Assembly: GCA_965226885.1 (NCBI GenBank)
Contig: CBDDEL010000011.1
Span: 1-64,000 of the forward strand
Length of the DNA stretch: 64,000 bases
Source of the DNA: Opitutales bacterium
GTDB lineage: Bacteria; Verrucomicrobiota; Verrucomicrobiia; Opitutales; UBA2987
Direction: 5' to 3'
Below the pieces are notes generated by a model. That model ran no database searches, was not told where the DNA came from, and saw only the letters and a program-made list of their open reading frames with translations. The position numbers and the translations under genes are program-made. Shown piece after piece: positions 53,144 through 64,000 of this stretch (within the stretch, counting starts at the first letter, position 1; the number at the start of each line of letters is the position of its first letter).

Positions 53144-56100
53144 GTGAAAGTATTTAAGATCATCCTGGTTCTATTAGGTGCAGCGTTGATTTTTAGCGGG
53201 TGCATCGCCTTGCTGTTGTTAACCCCATGGATTCAGAAAACGGTGGCCCTGGCCGTTCTGGAGAATAAAGTTGATGGTTCGCTGGAATTGGAAAGTGTTT
53301 ATCTTCTCCCCGGAAGCCTTTCCCTAAAGGGCCTGAAATACTCGGAACAAGGCGTAGAGGTAGCTGCCGAAAAAGCCCGCATTGAATTTTCTCTGGTTCG
53401 GCTCCTGAGGGGAAAGGAGATTAAATTGTCAAAAATTGACGTATCCGGACTGAGTGTGGATGTGTCCGGCATTTTGAAAGAAAGTTCGCAAGTTTATGAC
53501 GCCCAGCCAACCATTCAAACCAGTAGGCCGGTTCCATCGGATATAATTATCAAGCCGGGCAAAGAAACTTTTGCAGGGTTATTGCCCTATACCGACATCG
53601 GTTATCGATTTTGGGTGGATAGCTTCGCGATAGATGGAAAAATCATCTTCCCGGCTTCCCGTGAAATAGAATTTTTCCTGGTGGGCAGCGATGTGAAACC
53701 CGCAGCCAGTGTTTATTTGAGCCTGACGGGTTCCTTAACCGATCAAAATCCGGGCGCGTCGATCTCAAGTATGAATTTTGATGGAGAATTAATGCTGGAG
53801 CAGAAGGCCGACTCCGGCCTGTCGAAGCTGGAAATTATAACGACAGCCTATGCCAGAGGAGCGGCATTTGAAGGGGAAATTGCCTTACGGAACGAAGTTG
53901 TTATAGAGAAAACTGAAATGGATCGAGAATCCCATCTAATGCGTATGGTATTAATCGACGCCCTGGGTGATGAAAATGTCCTCTTCGATCTGACAGATGA
54001 GTATGATCGACGGGAATCGGGTTTCAGAGGCAATTTCCAACTAAATATGTTCAGCGAGCAGTTAAAACCGTTTGCAATGGGTTTGCCTTTCCCGAGGTTT
54101 ACAGCCGTTGGTTCGGGAACTTTTGATTACTCCATAAAAGAAAGAACGGGGTCTCTGAAAACGATTATCGAGGGACAGGTGGATGAACTTGAGACACTGC
54201 GGCCTGAATTGAAGGAAATTCCTCCACTGGCGCTTCATACCGAAATCGATATTAAAAAGGACGGCAGCAGTTTTTGGATCAACAAACTGGCGGCCACCGT
54301 TAAAAATAGGAAAAATGGAAATAAGATTGCCGAACTCGCCGGCAATTCTCCTTTTCGTATTGATCCCAACGATGACAGCTTTGGGTTCGACCATGTGCGG
54401 GGAAACCTTTTGTTATTTACGCTTGATGAAGTTCCTGCAAATTGGGCCAATGGCTTTTTTAAGGATACGGATAACCTAATTTCCGGCGGCATTATGGGCG
54501 GAGAATTTGCTTTGCTCAAGGATGGGGCTAATTTCAAAATCCTTATGACGAAGCCCTTTCTTGCTTCGGGAATATCTTACGGCAAAGAGGGGAGGGATTT
54601 TCTTAAAAACATCGACGTTGTATTGGGAGGGGACTTCGGCCTAAACCTCACAGGGAAGGAATACAATTTTAATTTTAAGACCGTGGAATTGCATTCCGGC
54701 GGCGTCCAATTACTGGATGGAAACCTTGAGGCAAAACTATATCCGTATGATGATAAACCGGATAGGCTATTGATCAAGGGAAACATCTCAGCCCGTTTAA
54801 ACGAATGGCACAAACAACCTTTCGCGGAAGAAATTTCGGTTCCCTGGGCAGCGCCTCTGACTTTGGAGCAGAGTTTCCAAATGACGCTGGAAACGGATTT
54901 CATCCGCGTGGAAAACCTGATTGGAGAATTAAAGGATGATACGGGTCAAAAATTCTTTAGCGTGGAGTTGCTAAAGCCGGTTAGTTTCCAACAGCCCTGG
55001 GAACAAACATTTCCATTCGGGATGGGCGAATCGGGCGATTTGTTAAACTTAACGTTTACAAATTTTCCGATGGGTTTAATAGATCCCTACCTACCCAGCT
55101 ATCAATTGACCGGCGGACATTTTTCCGGTCAATTCATTATTGCTTCGAATCATGGAGTTATTGAAGCCAAGTCAGAGAAAACCTCATCTTTTAATAATAT
55201 CCATCTGAGTGAACGGGGGCGTCCAATTTTGAAAAATCTTTCCCTCAACCTGGATTCAAAATTGTCATTTCTGCAGAATATATTGAACATTTCCTGGAGC
55301 GGGTTGGAGGCGTACTCGGGGAACGATAATTCCATAAAAAGCAATGGCGAAATGAGCCTTGATTGGAACAGGGAATTTCCTTTGCAGAAAGCTTCCGGGG
55401 ATATTCAGATGGATATTGAGAATTTGGCGCGACAGCCCTTTTTCTCAAGATCATCGATCGCCGATTCTGGATTTGTCGTCATGAACGGAATTTTCAATTT
55501 AAAAGATCAAAATAATTTTTCAGGCCAAGTTCTAATTACGGATATAAAAGCATCGAGCATCCCTGAACATCCTATTAAAAGCGGTGAAATTTCGGTTGAG
55601 GGTAGCTTAGAGAATGATCTTATTATGATGAACGCGCCCATTTCACTGCAAGGGGTTGGTGGCAACTCGGACGCGCGTTTGGAAGTGCGACTTGAACGGC
55701 GGGAAATGGGCGCGAAGTTTTCCATTTCTGTCAAGGGGAATAGGCTTGTTCTGGCAGATGCGATCGCCTTGGCCGCTTTGTTTGACACTAGTAAAAAGGA
55801 GTCCCCTCAGCCCATAAATACTGCCGGAGCGACAAGACTTCCAGCCCCATCGAACTTATTGAGAGAATCGAATCCATTCTGGTATGGATATTCGGGTGAA
55901 GCGCGCATTGATTTCGACAAGGTGGTGTATCCCGGCATAGGCCAACTGGAAGAAGTAAAGGCGGTTTTAAACGCTGACGAACATCGATTATCCTTTGCAA
56001 CAATAAATTCAGGATCGACAAAACAACCATTAGGTATAGCAGGCAAAATAGATTTTATTACGAACCATAAAAAGCCCTATTCGCTGGAAGCCGAAGTGGA

Positions 56101-56938
56101 GGTAGCGAATTTTGACGCGGGATTATTTTTAAGTAAAAGCGATCCTCTTCATAACCCGATAGTGGAGGGAATATTCGATCTGAAGGGAACCTTAGACGGA
56201 GAGGCGGAAAATCTGCCTCGGCTACTGCAAACGGCCCAGGGTAATTTTTTCCTGGAAAGTACTTCTGGCGGCCTCTTCCGTGCACTGCCGTTGAGGGATC
56301 AAAAAGGCCAGGCGGCTTCACTTGCCCTAACTGGACTAGATATTCTCCTGGGCAATAAGGTTCGCGAGTTCAATACGGCTAATAGGGCCGTGATTTTGTT
56401 GCAGGAAATCAAATTTGATGAAATGAAAATCGCAGCGGTTCGAGGATCGGACCTGAATATAAGCCTGACGGATTTGTTTGTCCGGGGGCCGGAAATCATC
56501 CTGGCTGGCGCGGGTGGCGTGACTTACCGGGAAGGAGTGCCGTTTCTGGAGCAGCCATTAATTTTAAATGCGCAAATGGGGGCCAAAGATGAAGCCGCCT
56601 ATCTGCTCAATGAACTAGGTCTATTGATTAATTCCCAAACGGAAGAAGGATATTACCTGGGACCTTCTTTTTCTATAAGAGGAACATTGGGAAATCCCGA
56701 CAAGTCGGAATTAGATCGATTGGTGAGAAGATCTACCTTCGGATTATTGGGAGCGGGCGGCAGGAGAGTGGATTTGGAAAAACAGAGTCAAACCGAAGAT
56801 GCCACGGAGGCGGAAACGACTCCCGGCGGCGATAATTTTCAACAGAAAGAGGGAAGCTCGAAGGAGGAAGTATTCCTGAGAAGCATTTTTAAAATCATCA
56901 CCGATGGACAACAGTTCATCACCGATGGACAACAGTAA
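53144..56938 (+). CDS. Large AsmA-like envelope protein
   Basis: N-terminal TM anchor, 1264 aa beta-rich, C-terminal FSIRGTLGNP. Confidence 0.7.
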   Translation: MKVFKIILVLLGAALIFSGCIALLLLTPWIQKTVALAVLENKVDGSLELESVYLLPGSLSLKGLKYSEQGVEVAAEKARIEFSLVRLLRGKEIKLSKIDVSGLSVDVSGILKESSQVYDAQPTIQTSRPVPSDIIIKPGKETFAGLLPYTDIGYRFWVDSFAIDGKIIFPASREIEFFLVGSDVKPAASVYLSLTGSLTDQNPGASISSMNFDGELMLEQKADSGLSKLEIITTAYARGAAFEGEIALRNEVVIEKTEMDRESHLMRMVLIDALGDENVLFDLTDEYDRRESGFRGNFQLNMFSEQLKPFAMGLPFPRFTAVGSGTFDYSIKERTGSLKTIIEGQVDELETLRPELKEIPPLALHTEIDIKKDGSSFWINKLAATVKNRKNGNKIAELAGNSPFRIDPNDDSFGFDHVRGNLLLFTLDEVPANWANGFFKDTDNLISGGIMGGEFALLKDGANFKILMTKPFLASGISYGKEGRDFLKNIDVVLGGDFGLNLTGKEYNFNFKTVELHSGGVQLLDGNLEAKLYPYDDKPDRLLIKGNISARLNEWHKQPFAEEISVPWAAPLTLEQSFQMTLETDFIRVENLIGELKDDTGQKFFSVELLKPVSFQQPWEQTFPFGMGESGDLLNLTFTNFPMGLIDPYLPSYQLTGGHFSGQFIIASNHGVIEAKSEKTSSFNNIHLSERGRPILKNLSLNLDSKLSFLQNILNISWSGLEAYSGNDNSIKSNGEMSLDWNREFPLQKASGDIQMDIENLARQPFFSRSSIADSGFVVMNGIFNLKDQNNFSGQVLITDIKASSIPEHPIKSGEISVEGSLENDLIMMNAPISLQGVGGNSDARLEVRLERREMGAKFSISVKGNRLVLADAIALAALFDTSKKESPQPINTAGATRLPAPSNLLRESNPFWYGYSGEARIDFDKVVYPGIGQLEEVKAVLNADEHRLSFATINSGSTKQPLGIAGKIDFITNHKKPYSLEAEVEVANFDAGLFLSKSDPLHNPIVEGIFDLKGTLDGEAENLPRLLQTAQGNFFLESTSGGLFRALPLRDQKGQAASLALTGLDILLGNKVREFNTANRAVILLQEIKFDEMKIAAVRGSDLNISLTDLFVRGPEIILAGAGGVTYREGVPFLEQPLILNAQMGAKDEAAYLLNELGLLINSQTEEGYYLGPSFSIRGTLGNPDKSELDRLVRRSTFGLLGAGGRRVDLEKQSQTEDATEAETTPGGDNFQQKEGSSKEEVFLRSIFKIITDGQQFITDGQQ
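56895..56936. repeat. 21-bp tandem duplication at the 3' end of the gene
   Basis: TCATCACCGATGGACAACAGT twice (ITDGQQ x2). Confidence 0.92.
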
Positions 56939-56959
56939 TAGTATAGTAAAAGTCGAACG

Positions 56960-57526
56960 ATGAAAAATGAACCATTCGGCTCCGTTTTGGGGCCATTAAC
57001 CAAGCCCGCTGCCTTGCCGCCGCTCAACGCTGGTCATCCCGATAAAAATGTCTTTGATGCATTGCACAGGTTAAGCGTGAAAAGCGCATTTGAGAATAAA
57101 CCGGTGGAGGATGAATCCATGGCCCGATGCTGTATGGCGGGTCTATGGCTCCTGCATGGATATTTGGACCAATCGCATCGAATCAGTCAGCATGTGGGCA
57201 GCCCAACGGGAAGCTATTGGCATGGAATCATGCACAGAAGGGAAGGGGATTACGGCAATTCCAAATACTGGTTCCGGCGAGTTGGCAACCACGCTATTTG
57301 GGAACAGTTGGCTCAAGATATCGTTAGAATAATGAAAGAATCTGAAAAAGCCGGAATACTCGCCGTTACTTTTAAAAGTTCTGTCTGGGATCCCTATCAT
57401 TTTGTCGATTTGTGCGAGGAGTTCGCGGGAACCGGCACGGATATGGAAAAGAGATTGCAAGAGGCACAAATGCGGGAATGGGAACTGCTTTTCGCTTATT
57501 CCTATCAGGAGGCGTTGGGTATTTAA
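56960..57526 (+). CDS. Conserved hypothetical protein
   Basis: LDQSHRISQ, YWHGIMHRREGDYGNSKYWFRRVG. Confidence 0.8.
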   Translation: MKNEPFGSVLGPLTKPAALPPLNAGHPDKNVFDALHRLSVKSAFENKPVEDESMARCCMAGLWLLHGYLDQSHRISQHVGSPTGSYWHGIMHRREGDYGNSKYWFRRVGNHAIWEQLAQDIVRIMKESEKAGILAVTFKSSVWDPYHFVDLCEEFAGTGTDMEKRLQEAQMREWELLFAYSYQEALGI

Positions 57527-57802
57527 TGATTCAGTTATTACATCGGGGTAAAGTCCGAAGAAAAGTTGAAATCGGATGATAACGAGATTAAAGCCAGAGG
57601 AATTTTTCGCCGACTCCATCCACTAAAGTCTTGCACTTTTCAAGAGCCCGATATGGCCTTCGTGTTGCTTTGAAAACCGGATTTCACCTTGCTTTGCTCT
57701 GCTATTGAAAAATTAAAACAAAAAAGCCAAATTTATGGTGATAAGGGGTTGCTTTTGGCCGGTAACCCGAGGTAGTTTAGAAACTGTAGTTTCCATTTAT
57801 AA

Positions 57803-60340
<2,538 letters not shown>

Positions 60341-60429
60341 ATATCCTGGAGAACAGTTTGGGTGAATTTAATCCTCCCTGAGCTAACACCGGAACAAGCC
60401 CCTGAACGCCAGATTTTTTAAAATAAAGA

Positions 60430-62853
60430 ATGTACGATACCAAAGATAAACAGATTCCGACCAATATCACGGAAATTATGGAGACGGCTTACATCGATTA
60501 CTCGATGTCGGTCATCATCAGTCGCGCCCTGCCGGACGCACGGGATGGCCTCAAGCCGGTGCAGCGGCGCATCCTTTACGCCATGCTGCGGGAGGGGCTG
60601 CTCCATAACCGGCCTTTCGACAAATGTGCCGGGGTGGTGGGCGAGGTGCTCAAAAATTATCATCCCCACGGCGACACATCCGTTTACGACACTCTGGTCC
60701 GCATGGCTCAAAGATGGGTTTTGCGCTACCCTCTGATTATTCCGCAGGGAAACTTCGGTTCTATCGACGGCGATCCCCCGGCGGCCTACCGCTATACGGA
60801 GTGCAAACTGGCCGAATTGGCCGAAGGCATGTTGAAGAACCTCGACGAGGACACGGTCGATTTCGTTCCCAATTATAAAGAGAGCACGACCGAGCCGAGC
60901 GTTCTGCCGGCCGCTCTGCCCAATCTTTTGATGAACGGTTCCACCGGCATCGCCGTGGGCATGACGACCAATATACCTCCGCACAACCTGGGCGAGCTTA
61001 TCGATGCCACCTGCGCCATCATCGACAATCCGAACATCCCGCTGGATGAAGTTATCGAGATAGTGCCGGGTCCGGATTTTCCGACCGGCGGCGCCATCAT
61101 GGGCAACGAGGGAGTTGTCAAATACCTGCAAACCGGCAGGGGCATCTTCAAAGTCCGAGGTACCGCCCACGTTGAAGAACTCAGACAAGGGAAAGAGCAG
61201 ATCGTCATTACGGAGACACCCTACTATGTCAACCGGGCCACTCTGGTCACTAAAATTGCGGAACTGATCACCCAAAAAACCCTCAATGGAATCAGCGATT
61301 TGCGCGACGAGTCGGATGAAGCGACCCGCATCGTGCTGGAGTTAAAACGGGGCGAAGTGCCCCGCGTGACCCTGAACAAACTCTTCAAAATGACTCAGTT
61401 GGAGTCTTCCTTCGGGGCTATCCTGCTGGCGCTGGACAAACGGCGACCCAAGCAAATGAACATCAAGGAAATGCTCGTTTGCTACATCGAGCACAGACGG
61501 GAAGTTGTTTACCGAAGGACCGCTTTTCAATTGAGGAAGGCCGAAGCGAGGGCCCATATCCTGGAGGGTTACAAGATAGCCCTGACTAATCTCGACGATT
61601 TCGTGAAAATCATTCGCGCTTCTTCCAACCGCGATGACGCCCGCACCAGATTGATGGCCCGCTACCCGATTACGAAGAGGCAGGTTGACGCCATTCTCGA
61701 CCTCAGGCTCTATCAATTGACGGGTTTGGAACAGGAAAAAATCGAGAACGAATACCGCCAATTGATGGTCATTATCTCCGGTTTGCGGGAAATCCTCGAT
61801 AACGAGAAAAAACTACTTTCCGTGATCAAAAAAGAATTGCGGGAAGTGCAAGAGAAGTATTCCTCCCCCCGGAAGACCAAACTGCTGGCGGCCGAAGGCG
61901 AATTCCGCATGGAGGACATCATCGTCAACGAAGGCTGCATGATAACGGTTACCCATGCCGGTTTCATCAAGTGGACATCGGTCAGTTCCTACCGCTCGCA
62001 ACGGCGCGGCGGCAAGGGAGTCATCGGCACTGGTTCGCACGAGGAAGATTTCGTGGAGCATCTCTTTACCGCCAGCACCCACGACTACATCATGTTCTTC
62101 ATGAATAATGGGCGGGTTTATGTGGAAAAAGTTTACGATATCCCGGAGGGCTCGCGCATCTCCAAAGGCCGGGCGGTAGTCAATGTTTTGCAGATGCAAA
62201 AGGATGAAAAATTAGCCGCCATGATCTGCGTAAAGGAATTCACCGACGACCTGCACCTGGTCATGTGCACGCGCAACGGAGTGGTCAAAAAAACCAATCT
62301 CGCCGATTACAAAAACTACCGCAAGGGCGGCCTTATCGGGATTAAGATCGATGAGAACGACCAGCTCATGGCAGCCAATTTAACCAATGGCGAGGATGAT
62401 CTGGTTATCATTACACACAAAGGAATGTCCATCCGGTTCAAGGAAACGGACCTTCGAGACCAGGGCCGGGCCACACGCGGCGTGAGGGGCATAAAATTGA
62501 AGGGCAAAGACTTGGTGAAGACTTTTGAAGTGGTGAAGCCGGACGCCACCTTGCTCATCGCTGGCGAAAATGGGCAGGGCAAGCGCACGAATTTCGATCA
62601 ATACCGGGTGCAAAGCCGGGCCGGAAGCGGAATCATTGCCATTCGCAGCTCGAATGTGGCCGGCGCTTTGAGCGTGTATGAGAACGATGAAATTATGATG
62701 CTGACCCATTTGGGCCAGGCGGTGCGAAGCCCGGTCAAAGGTATTCGCGTTATCGGTCGCACCACGCAGGGGGTTCGCCTCATCAACCTGGCGCCAAAAG
62801 ACAAACTGATGGGTTTGTCCAAAGTCATCGAGGTGGATGTAGAGGAGGCCTGA
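60430..62853 (+). CDS. gyrA: DNA gyrase subunit A
   Basis: DGLKPVQRR, HPHGD, AAYRYTE, GyrA box QRRGGKG. Confidence 0.97.
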   Translation: MYDTKDKQIPTNITEIMETAYIDYSMSVIISRALPDARDGLKPVQRRILYAMLREGLLHNRPFDKCAGVVGEVLKNYHPHGDTSVYDTLVRMAQRWVLRYPLIIPQGNFGSIDGDPPAAYRYTECKLAELAEGMLKNLDEDTVDFVPNYKESTTEPSVLPAALPNLLMNGSTGIAVGMTTNIPPHNLGELIDATCAIIDNPNIPLDEVIEIVPGPDFPTGGAIMGNEGVVKYLQTGRGIFKVRGTAHVEELRQGKEQIVITETPYYVNRATLVTKIAELITQKTLNGISDLRDESDEATRIVLELKRGEVPRVTLNKLFKMTQLESSFGAILLALDKRRPKQMNIKEMLVCYIEHRREVVYRRTAFQLRKAEARAHILEGYKIALTNLDDFVKIIRASSNRDDARTRLMARYPITKRQVDAILDLRLYQLTGLEQEKIENEYRQLMVIISGLREILDNEKKLLSVIKKELREVQEKYSSPRKTKLLAAEGEFRMEDIIVNEGCMITVTHAGFIKWTSVSSYRSQRRGGKGVIGTGSHEEDFVEHLFTASTHDYIMFFMNNGRVYVEKVYDIPEGSRISKGRAVVNVLQMQKDEKLAAMICVKEFTDDLHLVMCTRNGVVKKTNLADYKNYRKGGLIGIKIDENDQLMAANLTNGEDDLVIITHKGMSIRFKETDLRDQGRATRGVRGIKLKGKDLVKTFEVVKPDATLLIAGENGQGKRTNFDQYRVQSRAGSGIIAIRSSNVAGALSVYENDEIMMLTHLGQAVRSPVKGIRVIGRTTQGVRLINLAPKDKLMGLSKVIEVDVEEA

Positions 62854-62876
62854 GAATTTTAGATAGGTTCTAGTTA

Positions 62877-64000
62877 GAGGCTGTCCCAAAAGGGTGATTT
62901 TTGCGAGGGCTTTTGATAGGCGCTCATTTTAGAGGTATTTGCATTTGGGAGAGTATCAACTTTGCTCTCCTATGACGTTAGGATACTGGTTTTGGGGTCC
63001 GGTTGCCTGGTTTTCTTTGTATGAGCCGACAGTACGGCTGTGAAAAAGTATTGTCCTTGCTTTTCCGCTCTCTAGGCCGCCGCTTTGGTTTTTAGTTCGT
63101 CTTGCTGGGCCAGCATCTTGGCTACTTTCCATAGGTTGTGCGAGAGTACCGACCAGGCTACGCTGATCGAGCGGTTGGCAAAGCCTTTGCTGCGCAACCG
63201 CCCGGCCTGCCAGCGATTCTTCAATACCCCGATCCGCCCTTCGGTGCTGGCCCGGCGCTTTTGCAATTGTCTGAACAGTGGTTCCTCCATCCGTTTTTTC
63301 AACTGCTTCGGATCGCGTGGACAGAGCGCGTCGTAGATTCCCTCCTGGGCTAACTGCCGGCGGGCCCGCTGGGAGGCAAATCCCCGGTCCGCGCACATGG
63401 CCGCTATGGGTTCTTCCAGGTTGAAGCGGTTCTGTCTTTGCAAACTCTCTTGCATTTGTTCATTTTCGCTTGGAGTTCGGCTGCCGTAGAGTTTCCAGTC
63501 CAGCAGGTACCCTTCAACGCTTTCTCCCAAAAACAGGGTGTTGCCGAACTCGACCTCTTGGCCCGCTTTACCTCGCACAATCACCTGCCCATCGAGTTCG
63601 TAAACACTCAAGACTTTCTCTGCGTTTTTCACCTGGCGGCCGCCAATGATCCGCTCGTGCGCCTGTTTGATGACCACCGGGATTTGCTCGCTCATGCGCT
63701 CCATCCGGGCGAGGATCTGTTGGACCTGTTTTTCGCTGTAATCGCTTTGCTCCCAGCAGGCTTGCAATAATTCCCGGTGACTGCGGGCATGCTCCCCGAT
63801 CCGTTTGAGCAGCTTTTTCATCTGCCTCAAGATACCCTTGCGCTGCCGCGCGCTGTCCTTTCGCCGCCGGCTGTGGGTCATCTGTATGCACAGCCGATTC
63901 ATCTGCCGAGCCAAGGGCTCCGGTTCGATCGGCATGCGATGGCGCAAACCGGCCTTCTCGCGGATCAGCCGGATCGCTTTGAGCAACGTGCCGGCTACAT
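62877..64000 (-). mobile_element. IS5-like element, copy C (cut by window end)
   Basis: GAGGCTGTCCCAAAA after TAGTTA (62871-62876); transposase 63072..>64000 retains sequence missing from copy A. Confidence 0.92.

Noticed and set aside
60660..60693. GyrA HPHGDTSVYD (Thr at the Ser83-equivalent position)
   Set aside because: Common natural variant.

Overview
Bacterial chromosomal window, probably from a PVC-superphylum (Verrucomicrobiota/Opitutia-like) organism; the taxonomy is my inference from protein resemblance and was not searched. It holds housekeeping genes (purH, gyrB, gyrA, trhO, creD, apaG, helicase, peptidases), the start of a flagellar operon (flgB-flgC-fliE-fliF-fliG) broken by insertion sequences, and an oxidative-stress cluster (katG, a peroxiredoxin fused to a cyclic-nucleotide-binding domain, redoxins). 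About 17.7 kb (~28%) is IS DNA in 14 elements of 5 families: IS1380 x5, IS1 x4, IS5-like x3, IS630 x1 and an IS3 remnant, several nested in one another. Pseudogenes and short tandem duplications suggest ongoing genome erosion. Most notable: (1) the AhpC-cNMP fusion; (2) an IS1380 that targets YTAR tetramers, stacks in tandem, sits inside its own stop codon, has piggyBac-like mismatched target duplications and carries a pseudoknot-capable 3' element; (3) an IS1 composite with a 179-bp passenger; (4) +1 rather than -1 recoding in the IS1 copies. No rRNA, tRNA or CRISPR array was seen.
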